From NCBI RefSeq assembly GCF_009914755.1, contig NC_060947.1: 64,000 bases of DNA. The stretch is one strand, 5' to 3'. The stretch comes from the human T2T-CHM13v2.0 reference genome, Homo sapiens. Under the pieces are notes generated by a model. That model made no database searches. It was not told the DNA's origin and was given only the letters and a program-made list of their open reading frames with translations. The first letter of the stretch is position 1; every line of letters starts with the position of its first letter. Shown here one piece after another: positions 1-12,740 of the stretch. Both the position numbers and the translations under genes were made by a program.

Positions 1-1330
1 GAGTATACTCTGGGCATCAATTCACATGTTTCATCAGAACTTTATCTGGGTTCTGGCTACTGGGTCTTGTCAGGGTTATTAATCTTCCAGTGCTGGTTAC
101 TCAGATATTGGACCATCTATCTACCACAGACAATATGCTGTCCTTAGTGCTTCCAATCAGAATGATGCCAGTCATATAATGGGACCAGGACACCTCTGGT
201 GAGAATTCAGTCTTTCCTAGGACTCGGCCTATCCACCAGTGAGAAATCATGGGAAAGTTTAGGTCACACTGGGGCAGCAAGGTGAATACATGTTGTAATC
301 AGATCCCCAAGAAGCTAATTAGACTTTCAACACACAATGGGATCTGAAAAAAACATTGGTATGTCCACTATTGCAGACCAAGCCATTCATTCTGCACATG
401 ACCATGAACATTACAATATCTGGAAGTAAAGGAACAAGGAGGACTACTGCTACATTGAGCTCATGGCAAAAAGACAGTGAGGTTTCAGTTACTATATTGG
501 TTTTTTGATTAGTTAAGGGTCCTTCTTTCACATGTCCCACCTCCCACCCCAACTCAGTATCTGATATGGTTTGGCTGTGTCCCCACCCAAATCTCAACTT
601 GAATTGTAGCTCCCAGAATTCCCACATGTTGTGGGAGGGACCCAGGTGAAGTAATTGAATCATGGGGGCTGGTCTTTCCCGTGCTATTCTCATGATAGTG
701 GATAAGTCTCACGAGATCTGATGGGTTTATCAAGGGTTTCCGCTTTTGCTGCTTCTTCATTTTTCTCTTGCTGCCGCCATATAAGAGGTGCCTTTTGCCT
801 CCCGCCATGATTCTGAGGCCTCCTCAGCCATGTGGAACTGTAAGTCCAATTAAAACTTTTTTTTCTTTCCAGTCTCAGGTGTGTCTTTATCAGCAGTGGG
901 AAAATGGACTAATACAGTATCTTAAACTGCTTTAACAATGCCTCTAGGCTGGGAATCCTGGTGGGTTCCCAGTTGTATTAATGCCCCACTACCACTATTC
1001 TATTGTGGCATTTCCCCATTGAGAACATCTCTTACAAACAAGGACATCCCTTACAAACAAGAAAATATTTAACACAACTCTTCCCACAGCACATTCAGCA
1101 GTATCAATTACAACAACTTGCCTGTCTATTTGACCAGGGGAGCCCACCCATAAACTCTCATTAGTCCATAGTCCAATCTGAGAGGCATGTACACATCCAA
1201 CGTAAATTTCATTTTTGCTTACAAAAAAGTATTAGAACTGGCAAATATGCCCTAAATCTTGCTGGGGATCACAAGTCTCCCTTGCTGGAGGGCATCAAAG
1301 GCCATAGAGAATGAATGACACCTTCAACTT
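1..1330 (-). mobile_element. Ancient class III (ERVL-like) pol fragment, copy 1 (RT and protease-adjacent region)
   Basis: Minus strand reads HYMTGIILIG (decayed YxDD, ~152-181) and WKIN..PDKTQ; colinear with 18030-18600 and 49090-49900. Confidence 0.7.
562..916 (+). mobile_element. THE1 MaLR solo LTR
   Basis: TGATATGGTTTGGCTGTGTCCCC...GACTAATACA with 5-bp TSD GTATC. Confidence 0.92.
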
Positions 1331-2616
1331 ACCAATTAACAAAACACCATTATAAAGTGAAAGAACTGAACATCAGAGGAATTTTTCTCTGAAACCATAT
1401 GAACATTCACAATTCAAACACGTACCACATTTCAACACCAATTACACATTATTATATACTGTATACAATGAGTTGGCTTGCAGGTCTCCAAATGACAAAA
1501 TCACTTTTAATTATTTATCTTTTCACCACAAGTTATACAGTTGCATTCAGACACTTTTTACAGGAACACAGACCATGGATATTTTTATAACGTGAGTTTC
1601 CAGGAGACTCCTTGGGTGGAAGTTTCTACTCTCCTGGGATGGAAGCTTGAAAAATAAAAGGGGGAGCATACAGGCAGAGCAACTGGCACAGTAAGCAAAG
1701 ATTTTCACATACTTTCAACCATTCTAAGGCCACAAAAAATGTGCTTATAACAACAATTAGGCACAAATCAGACAGGTGATTCCAATCCCACCTATTGCTG
1801 CCTAACCCCCAAAACTTTCTTCAAAACGTAGCATACATTATCAGATACCAGAGAATCTGTCTTACCCCTAACCTGGTCCACACACCCTGGAAGACTAAAC
1901 AGTGGAAGGACTCTCATGTCCTTGTAGACAAGGGTGGGCTACCAGACCCTAGGGAGCCATACCTCTCATAATCTGGCCCCCACTGCTCTACCAGGTCCAG
2001 GGGAGTCTTGATCTCTCCTAGTGTGCCCTTGCTGTTTGACCAAATTGAGGCATCTCATCCACCAGTGACCCATCCTGAACAATCCGAGGTGCCACCCATC
2101 CTAATGACTTGTCCATCCAAACATGAAACATACAATTGCTTAGAGGGGATGCTATCACTCCCTCTCAGAGAATGGTGGTGGGCATTTTCTCCACCAACAT
2201 GAGGGAGGGACAATGATTGCTTCCCCCTTGCCTCAAGCAAATAACAGCTTCAGAAAACTTAGTTTATGTATCCTGGAGTTAGAGGGACACTAGGACTAGG
2301 ACCACTATCTGATTCATGCAAATGAAGTTTAAGAACTTGGGTCAGGATCTGCCCAGATCAAAACGTATAATAGAGGACTGCCTTATGACACTTCTAACAC
2401 TTGCAGAGGAAAGAACAGTGTTTTCATGGTCAATATATAGACGCTGCAAAAGTTAGTGAACAAACATTGTATTAAAAGGCAAGCTCCCAAAAGGAGAACC
2501 TGGAAAGACAGAAAACTCCAACTGAAGTGAGGGCCACATAACTCTGGGGTTTTCGGGGAAGTCTAGTGTCTAGTCAGAAGCTCAACCCACAGACCCTTCA
2601 ACTAAAGGGAGGCAGA

Positions 2617-2750
2617 GGCTGGGTGCAGAGGCTCATGGCTGTAATCCTAGCACTTTCAGAGGCTGAGGTGGGAGGATTGCTTGAGCCCAGTAGTTTCGGA
2701 CCAGCCTGGGCAACAGGGCAAGCCCCTGTCTCTACAAAAAAATAAAAATA
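2617..2750 (+). mobile_element. FLAM/Alu monomer
   Basis: Single Alu arm with A tail; TSD aaagggag(g/a)cag. Confidence 0.85.
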
Positions 2751-4027
2751 AAGGGAGACAGGCACTAGTATCTGGCTCACACAGGAAAAGAAGACGGGGA
2801 TAGAGCTGCCCTGCACAAACAGTGACTGTGTTCTCCAAGGTTGGCATGAGCCTGACATGTGTCTTCTGCAGTTAGTAAGACATAGGAAATAACGTTTGAC
2901 TCATGCAAATGAAGTCAAGAACCTAGGGCTGAAAATGCCAACCAGAATATACAATGAGAGAGCTGACTTGAAGGTAAACTGTACTTCTTCTACGTAAAGA
3001 AGAAAGTTCTGTGTTTTCCATGGTCAACATGACAATCCCGTGAAAGTGAGTTTACTCAGATTCTCTTAAAAGGAAAGCGTCAAGAAGTGCCCAAAGAGGC
3101 ACATGACCCCAACAGCAGTGTGGCTCACAACAGATTACAGACTGAGGGGGAGTCTAGAAGCCAGCTAGATGAAAGGCAATGGATATGGTAGGAGCCAGCC
3201 AGTTCCTTTTGGAAGCTCAAAATGCATCCATGAGAATGTCAGCTCAGGATTTCTTCTATATCACAGAATCCAAAAGCCTCATTGTAACTTTGGAAACCAT
3301 ATAAGGGTGTGCTCTTATGCACATTCACCTCTCTCCATGGAGACCACATCAAGGGTGTTGGTCCGGAGGAGAAAGTAGATGAAAACCAGAAAGGCAAAAA
3401 GAGGTAAAATCTGTCAATCCCATATATACATATACATGCATCACCTGCTAGACTAAAAACTCAATCAGAAACCATCTTGGAGTAGACAGATATTTCCCAG
3501 TATTCAGGAGTGTAGGGTTTTAATTATTACACTAGACACAGCTTCTAAGAGTGTGGAAGTTATTACAGGATGTTCAGTCATTGAAGAGCAACCACACAGC
3601 TATAAACACTTTCCAAAGATTTCCTGCCAGACATGGGCAAGACAGATCCCCAAGCCAGTTTTCAATGTAAGGAAGGGAAGAAAGTAACCTTCTCTTTACC
3701 CTTAGCAAAGTTTCACAAAGTATTGATGAAGATCTGTTCTGGAAGGAAATCCTCTCTTTGGATTTTTATAAAAGGGTCTGGCTTCCATTTCCCTGTAAAC
3801 ATTGTGGAATGATAATATCAAAAATGACCAAACAAAAAGACACCTTTCTTGGAATGGGCTGTGCAAACATGGCCAAATACTTTTGAGAGGGTCACCTTAT
3901 CTGTTACACTGGAGATTATAATGATAACTTCACAGTTATTGTACTCAAACAAGAGCTTAAAAAATGATCTGTCATACACAACCAGGAAAATCTGATAATA
4001 TCTAGAAAACATGTTGAGAAAGGTCAT

Positions 4028-4210
4028 GGAAGATAGCAGACTTGGAGGCACCATGAATAGGCAGGTCCATCCACCAGAACAACCACTGAGCTGGCAAGAA
4101 CTATCTGAAGCAACTATTATAAAGCTCTGGGGTCTAGTTGAACAATTGTAGTATCCAGAGGAGTGCTTAATAAAGAAAGGGCAGGAAATTTTGGTGAATG
4201 TCAGTCCCTG
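4028..4210 (+). mobile_element. Old L1M 5'-end fragment
   Basis: GGAAGATAGCAG... start resembles the 5' termini of old mammalian L1s. Confidence 0.45.
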
Positions 4211-5294
4211 GGAACTTCAAGTCCCCCAGAATTAGGATAAGGAAACGAGTGTCTGACTCACTTAGGAAGAGAAGTTGGGTCTGAAGTTGCCCATGCCTCA
4301 CTTGGGTGTGAACTACAATGCTACCACCAGCAATTTAAAAAAAAAAAAAAAAAAGCTGTGTTCTCTGCGGTGGATATGTGGACGCATAGAATGGGAGTGG
4401 GGTGGGCATTTTTTCCACTTTTGTGAGGGAGAAACAAAGATTACTTGACTGTTGCTTCAAGCAAATAACAAAGGCCTTCAGAAAACTATAGCAATATTCA
4501 TGAGATTTCAAGGGATACAAGGCCTAGTGTCTGAATTACAAAGCGAGAAAACACAGGGCTCTACCTACACTGCTAGAAGGGTCAAGGTGCAGTACTTCCA
4601 CTTCCTGCAGAAATTACCTTATGACAGCCTTTCAAGGGAGATAGGAGGCAAACGGGACACTAACTCAGAGGAACACATCACAGTCTTCCCATCCTCTAGC
4701 ATTCTGAGAGGACCACAGGGTGTTCTGCCACACTCAGATGAGCTGTACTTCAAGCTTTTCCCTGCCTGCATGACCTATATGGGTATGTATAAGGTCGAAA
4801 GGGTAAAAATGCAGAGCCAATGTCCCACACATGGATAACACCGAGCATTACTCCTCCTGGAACACCCATAAGTCATAAGATCACCCCCTTATTTGAGGAT
4901 CCTGCTGCTATCCATCACATCACATGTTTCTCCTTAGAACGCTAACCATATGACTAGAGACCCATGACAGAAGATGAAGGAGAGCATGACTGGTACAAGT
5001 GCAGCAGCTTCAATAACCTTCACTCAAAACCTTGGAGTCAGAGGGACAAAGACATTAATGTCTCACTCACATATGAAGAGAATCTGGGGCTGGAACTGCT
5101 CCTGCCAGAAGGTACAAAAAAGAACTAACTGGGGCGTGACATGCACTACCACCTCCTTCAGAAGACAGGTTTGTTTTCTCCATGTGGATACATGGATCCC
5201 GCAAAAGGGATTTTCTATATGCTGAAGAGAGACAGAGATCACTTCCCCCTTTCTTCAAGCGAATGACCAACAGCTTCAGAAAGCTAGCCTTGTA

Positions 5295-5928
5295 CCTTGG
5301 TAGAAAAACTTGGTTTAGTGGTTTAAGCCTTGTGTGGCAGTTAGATCTTAAAGGACAAAGCAGTATATTGGTAGTTGTCAATATAGCAGTGCTAGCTCTG
5401 TTTATATAAATAGAGAAATGGGGTTAGCCATAGAGGTTAAAACTACCTGGTTATCCCATATATTAACCCAAACTGGGTCTTGGATACACAGTTGTATTTA
5501 ACGCTTTACGATCTAGCCTTTCCAACACAGGCACTTTCTGAAAAACCTTTGTCCTCATTTGCAGCATTTTGTTGTCGGGTTTCACCGTGTTGGCCAGGCT
5601 GGTCTCAAACTTCTGACCTCAGGTGATCCACCCACCTCAGCCTCCCAAAGTGCTGGGATTACAGGCATGAGCCACTGCACCCATCCTGTCACTTTGATTT
5701 TAACCCAGTAAGTGCCAGACTTCTAACCCCTAGAATTGTTAAGATAATACATTTGTGTTGTTCTAAGCCATTTAGTTTTTGGCAATTTGTTACAGCAGCC
5801 TGACACTTTGATTTTAACCCAATAAAAACCATGCCAGAATTCTAACCTTCAGAATTGTTAAGATAATAAAATTGTGTTGCTCTAAGCCAAACAGAAAGAG
5901 AGAAAGAGGAAGGAAGGAAGGAAGGAAA

Positions 5929-5985
<57 letters not shown>
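5295..5985 (+). mobile_element. Composite retroposed insertion (unique segment + antisense Alu piece + duplicated MLT1 3' end + GAAA tail)
   Basis: Flanked by a 17-bp TSD agaaagc(t/c)agccttgta at 5278-5294 and 5986-6002. Confidence 0.7.

Positions 5986-5990
<5 letters not shown>
5892..5990 (+). repeat. (GAAA)n/(GGAA)n microsatellite
   Basis: Seen directly. Confidence 0.95.
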
Positions 5991-5991
<1 letters not shown>

Positions 5992-6386
5992 CCAGCCTTG
6001 TATTCCCTTAAGTTTGCAAAATAAGTGAAGTCAAGAACCAGGGGCTGAAGATGCCATGACTAGAAAGTACAATAAGGCTAGCTTGGACGTAAACTGCATT
6101 TCCACCACATGCAGAAGAAAGAACAGTGTTTTTTAATATCCACATATGGACACTAGGAGGATGAATAGCCTGAGATCATATTAAAAGGAAAGGATCAAAG
6201 AAAAGCACATGGGAAGAAAAGAAGTATCCCAGCTGAAGGATGAGTCACAAAATCACAGGAGCTAGGGTGCATCTGATGACCAGTCAGAGGAAAAGCACAT
6301 TCTTGAAAGCCTGCATTGAATGGGATGTCAACCCACACCCTCTCAGAAAAGAACCTTGCCAAAGGCTCCAAAGGCCAAGACAATAA

Positions 6387-6719
<333 letters not shown>

Positions 6720-8089
6720 TACTTCCATATTCTAAGGTGAGTTGCTAGGCCAACTTAAAAACAAATGGACGTAAACAGGTTCTGCTGGTATTAAACCATC
6801 ATCCACCACAGAGATATAAAAGAGTTGAGGTGGAAGAAGGAGGAAAGAATTTTTAAAGAGAGTTGTTCAAAATACGGAACACAGTACTTGATCAGGATTC
6901 AGAAAACCCATACTCAGAGTCTATCTCTGACATTTCTAACTTAGTCCCCTTCTCTAAGCTCAGTTTTCACAACTCCAAATTAAGATGGGTAAGTCACATT
7001 ACATATTTTCTGGATTTCTCCCAGGTCCTGGGTTTTACATTATCCCTTCTAGTGCCAAAGTTCCATATTGTTGTTTTCTGGATGCCTGAGATGTTCATTC
7101 CTGATTCTTAACCCTGCCACTCTACCCAGGTGATTTCTACACTTAGTTACAACCATCTTGTCTTAGTTACAACCATCTTGTCTTCAGGTACTCAAATGTA
7201 ACATTCTGAGGAAAGTTTGCCCTCATCACTCAGTCACCCATTCTGACCCCACTCAGGAATAAATTCTGTGTTCTATATAATGGGCTCTCATGGTAGCCCG
7301 TTTTTCTTCCCAAGAGAATCAACAGAGTACTTATCACATTACAGTTTTACAGTTATACAACCAAACTGTAAATTACTGATAACTCCCCTAGTCTTTTAGT
7401 ACTTTAAGGGCATAAACATGTCCTTTTGGTTAGTACCTATTCCATACTGTGATATGCATTCAGAATTATTCCAGAAATTAGTAGTTAATATAATGTCATG
7501 TTTTAATAGATTAATTTGTATAACCAAGACAGAGCAAGAATAAATGTCAATGACAGAATAGCCCACAATGGTACAGATAATGGAGGAAGACAGTTGGAGA
7601 TGGATAGACTTCTAGGGGCTCCTGGAATCACATCACCTAAGTGACTGTATACATGTGGATACAATCTGCTCCATGAGCCAAATATCAACTCCCACAAACT
7701 TGATATTTTAAGAATAGCATAGAAAGATGCATGTGCCTGGCCAGTGGGGAATACAAGAGGGGATTTCCAGGAATTAGTGTGCTCTCTTTTTCTCTTCCTC
7801 CAAAATGTAAATGAAAAACATTTTGAAATCTTCCATTCACATGTCCTTTCCTCCTAACTTTGACTACTGGTACACATGTTGGATAATTAAAACCTGACAA
7901 TATTCGACTAGAGGCTACCCTCAAAGTTGAAATGGTCTAACATAAAAGTCTAAGACAATCATTTGTGACTCTCAATTGATGAGCCTTAGTTTACTGTCCT
8001 TGCCTTGAACTCCTACATTTTTCACCGAATCTAACATTTCATTTCAATGATTAATAAGAGGACCTACAACACTGAGTATCAGGACCTGT

Positions 8090-8270
8090 ACTAAGATTAT
8101 ATACTTAGCATCTAATATCATCTTTAACACATAAGGAGAATCATGACGTATCTCCCATGGAAAGGTGAAGATAATAAGGCTCAGAGATTTAAAATGCCTC
8201 TCCCAACACCACAAGGCCAATAAGTGGTAGAGCTCAGATTGTAACCAAAAATGACTGACTCAAAACCTAT
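8090..8270. mobile_element. MIR fragment
   Basis: Contains the aaggctcagagatt...aagtggtagagctcagatt core; paralog near 16630-16740. Confidence 0.55.
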
Positions 8271-8838
8271 GTGTTTAGGCAAGAGAATGAGGAAGCCCCA
8301 CACCAGATGGATATACCACCCCATGTCCTTCTGCGCAGGCAAACCTCCTCTTTTAGGGTAACTGTAAGGCCACAGCAGTATACAATCACTATCACTTGAT
8401 AGGATCATAAAGCTATGTCCTAGAACAGAAGAATATTTGAAATGTATAAACTGTATAAGGAAATATAAGGAAAACTCTCCTGGACATTGATGTAGGCAAA
8501 GAATTTATGACTAACACCTCAAAAGCAAATGCAACAAAAACAAAAATAGACAAGTGGGACTTAATTACACTAAAAAGGTCCTAGACAGAAAAGAAATAAC
8601 CAACAGAGAGAAAAGACAACCTGTTGAATGAGAGGAAATATTTCCAAACTATTCATCTTACATGGGACTAATATCCAGAATATATAAGAAATTCTAACAA
8701 CTCAACAGGAAAAAAAAAATCTTAAAAAGTGGGCAAAGGACATGAATAGACGTTTCTCAAAAGATGACACACCAATAGCCAACAGGCATATGAAAAAATG
8801 CTCAACATCACTAATCATCAGAGAAATGCAAATCAAAA

Positions 8839-9588
8839 TGTATTAGTCTGTTTTCACACTGCTGATAAAAACATACCCAGCTGGGCGCGGTGGCTCATGC
8901 CTATAATCCCAACACTTTGGGAGGCCGAGATGGGCGGATCACCTGAGGTCAGGAATTCGAGACCAGCCTGGCCAACACGGCGAAACCCCGTGTCCACTAA
9001 AAATACAAAAATTGGCCAGATGTGGTGGTGCATGCCTGTAATCCCCGCTACTCGGGAGGCTGAGGCAGGAGAATCATTTGAACCCGGGAGACAGAGGTTG
9101 CAAGTGAGCTGAGATCGGGCCACTGAACTTCAGCCTAGGCGACACAATGAGATTCCATCTCAAAAAAAAAAGAAGACATACCAAAGACTGGGCAATTTAC
9201 AAAAGAGGTTTACTTGGACTTAAACCTCTTTTGTAAATTGTTCCATGTGGCTGGGAAAGTTCCACATGGCTGGGGAAGCCACGTAAATTTTGTAAATTGT
9301 TCCGCGTGGTTGAGGCAGTTCCAAGTGGCTGGAAAGCCTCATAATCGTGGTGGAAGGCAAGGAGGAGCAAGTCCCGTCTTACATAGGTGGCAGCAGGCAA
9401 AGAGAGAGCTTGTGCAGGGAGACTTCCGTTTTTCAAAACCATCAGATCTTGTGAGACTTATACACTATCATGAGAACAGCACAGGAAAGATCTGTCCCCA
9501 TGATTCAATTACCTCCCACCAGGTCCATCCCACAACATGTGGGAATTCAAGATGAGATTTGGGTGGGGTACACAGCCAAACCATATCA
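8839..9588 (-). mobile_element. THE1 solo LTR containing an Alu
   Basis: TGTATTAGTC...AAACCATATCA with TSD CAAAA. Confidence 0.9.
8879..9172 (+). mobile_element. AluS
   Basis: Full dimer with A tail. Confidence 0.93.
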
Positions 9589-10239
9589 CAAAACTACAAT
9601 GAGAGATTATCTTATCCCAGTCGGAGTGGCCATTAATAAAAAGACACATACAAAAAAACAGATGTTGGCAAAGATGCAGAGAAAATGGAACACTTATATG
9701 CTTTTGGTGGCAATGTAAACTAGTACAGCCACTGTGGAAAACAGTATGCAGATTTCTCAAAAAAACTAATGATAGAATTACCATTTAATCCAACAATCCC
9801 ACTACTGCATATCTACCCAAAGGAAAAGAAATCAATGTATCAAAGAGATACGTGTACATACCTGTATGTGCATGTTTATCGTAGCACTATCCAATAGCAA
9901 AGATATGGAATCACCTTAAGTGTCCACCGGTGGATAAACTGATAAATAAAATGTGTTATATATACACAATGGAATATTATTCAGTCATTAAAAAATTAAA
10001 TTATGTCATTTGTAGCAACACGGATGGAACTAGAGGTCATTATCTTAAGTGAAATAAGCCAGGGGAAAAAAGCCAAATATCACATGTTCTCATTTACATG
10101 TGGGAGCTAAAAAATTTGAATACATGGAGGTATAGAGTGGAAAAATAGATAACAGAGACTAAGAAGGATGAATGGAGGGAAGAGAGGAGGATGAAGAGAA
10201 TTGGGTTAAAGGGTACAAACATACAATAAGATGGAAGGA

Positions 10240-10535
10240 GGCCAGGTGCAGTGGCTCACACCTGTAATCCCAGCACTTTGGGAGGCCGAAGCAGTCAGAT
10301 CACAAGGTCAGGAGTTTGAGACCAGCCTGGCCAATATGGTGAAAACCCGTCTCTACTAAAAATACAAAATTGGCCAGGTGTGGTGGCGCATGCCTGTAAT
10401 CTCAGCTACTCGGGAGGCTGAGGCAGGAGAATTGCTTGAACCCGGGAGGCCGAGGTTGCAGTGAGCCAAGTCGCGCCATTGCACTCCAGCCTGGGCTACA
10501 AAGCGAGACTCCACCTCAAAAAAAAAAAAAAAAAA
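10240..10535 (+). mobile_element. AluS
   Basis: Full dimer; TSD aagat(g/a)gaagga. Confidence 0.93.
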
Positions 10536-11419
10536 GATAGAAGGAATAAATTCAGTGCTTGGTAGCAAAGTAGGATAACTATACTTTACAAAATGTATTG
10601 TACTTGAGTGATGGACACCTTAAATACCCTGACTTTATTAGTATGCATAATATATAATGGTTAAATTTCCCATGTATCCCATAAATTTGCACAAATTTAA
10701 AAAGAGTAGTGACTGAAGATTCAGTTAGTCAGACACCTTCTTAAACATCTGCATTGAACAGGATGTTGAAAGCAACATATCCTGTCATGCAAGAGATATG
10801 ACAAAGATCCAAAGGGTGAATCATTAAATGCCCAGTATAACTATATTGTACATTGAGGAGACAGGCCATCTTGCAAAGAAAAAGACCATAACTGGTTCTG
10901 CTGGCATTATCTTATGGCCAAAGGTTAAAAAAAAAAAAGTTTCATTGGAAAGAATATAAAATGTTTAAGTGATAATTGTCAATGTGGTATGCATATTCTC
11001 TACCATCATGAATCTGGTTCTCATCATGAGTCTGGTTCTCCCTTCTTCCAAAAATACATAATCAAACATTCTAATTAAATGGAAGGTAACCTTCTAGCAA
11101 ATTACCAGAAGGAACTCAAGCCCAATCTGACTTTCTTAACCAGGTGTTCCACTGGGAGCTGATCATTAGTAGTCTATACCTCTTTTTCAATATATTATTT
11201 AAGAATCCAAGCCATCTTTCAATAGTACCTGCTACCTATTATACAGGGCATAAATGGTCCAGCAGACATCCCAGGTAGCTTCCCAAGATGAGTACTTTTT
11301 TCCTGTAAACCTGGTATCACTGTCAGTGAATCCAAACATGAAGCAAAGTCTAAGAGTATTCTTTTTTCTTCACCCCCTCAAGCATTTATTCTTTCAGTTA
11401 CAAACAATCCAAAGAAAAG

Positions 11420-12020
11420 AGGCTTGAAGATTTCTCAAAGAACTTAAAACAGGGCTACCATTTGACCCAGCAATCCAATTACTGGGTATATATCCAAAGG
11501 AAAATAAATCATTCTACTAAAAAGACAAGGGCACTTGCATGATCATCACAGCACTATTCACAACAGCAAAAACATGGAATCAACCTCTGTGCCCATCAAC
11601 AGTAGACTGGAAAAAGAAAATGTGGTATACATACACATGGAATACTATGCAGCCATAAAAAATAACAAAATCATGTCTTTTGCAACAACATGGATGTAGC
11701 TGGAGGCCATTATCCTAAGTGAATTAACGTAGAAATGGAAACCCAAATACCACATGTTCTCACTTATAATTGGGAGCTAAACATTGGGTATACACGGACA
11801 TAAAGATGACAACAATAGACAATGGGGACTATTAGAAGTAGGGAAGCAGGGCAAGGGTTTAAAAACTAATTATTGGGTACCATGCTCACTACCTGGGTGA
11901 CAGGATCAATCATACCTCAAACCTCGGCATCACGCAATATATCCATGTAAGAAACCTGCACATGTACCCCCTAAATCTAAAATAAAAGTTAAAATTATAT
12001 TTTAAAAATAAAATAAATAA
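11420..12020 (+). mobile_element. L1PB/L1MA 3' end
   Basis: L1 3' UTR motifs and A-rich tail. Confidence 0.85.
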
Positions 12021-12211
12021 AGTTGTATTTTTTTTTTAAGAGGGGTTCTTTTAAGAAAAGGGAGCACACAACGGAGGGATACATTACAAAATCCTAGGGA
12101 CTAGGATCCCTCTTGTGGCCACTCAGAGTAAAGGCACGTTCCTGAAAGCCTGCACTAATAAATAAGATGTTGAATACATACCCTCTCAGGAAAGAAACTC
12201 GGCAGAAGCTC

Positions 12212-12645
12212 TGTTATGGATTGAATTATGTACCCCCTACCAAAAAGAAGAAGCTCATATGTTCATCCTTAGCAACCAGTTCCTCAGAATGTATCCTTAT
12301 TTGGAGAAAGGGTTTTAAAGATGTAGTCAAGTTAAAATGAGGTCACTAAAGTAGCCCTAATCCAACATGACCAGTGTCCTTATAAGAAGAATCAATCTGG
12401 ACACAGGCACATATATATGGAAAACACATGTGAACATATAGACAGTCAACTACAAGCCAAGGAAAGAGGCCTGGAACAGATTATTCCCTCACAACCTTCC
12501 CTGAATTCCCTTACAACCAATATTGCCAACATTTTCATTGAATTTCAGGGGATTTCTAGGCCTAGATGTGTGAAACAAAAAATTTCTGTTGTTTAAGCCT
12601 CCACATTTTGGTACTTTCTTATGGCAACTCTAGAAAATCAATACA
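12212..12645 (+). mobile_element. MLT1A/B-like MaLR LTR (shared insertion, copy a)
   Basis: TGTTATGGATTGAA...AATCAATACA. Confidence 0.82.
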
Positions 12646-12685
12646 GTCTCCAAAGGGCAAGACATATCAAATATTCCCATATTCT

Positions 12686-12740
12686 TGCCACTGCACTCCA
12701 GCCTGGGTAACAATCTGAGACTCTGTCTCAAAAAAAAAAA
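12686..12740 (+). mobile_element. 5'-truncated Alu tail
   Basis: gccactgcactccagcctggg...ctcaaaa with approximate TSD. Confidence 0.8.

Larger units (their letters stand above)
8452..10700 (+). mobile_element. L1MA/L1PB 3' portion, interrupted by THE1 and Alus
   Basis: L1 ORF2 C-terminal and 3' UTR motifs (atgctcaacatcactaatcatcagagaaatgcaaatcaaaa; ttctcatttacatgtgggagctaaa). Confidence 0.85.
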
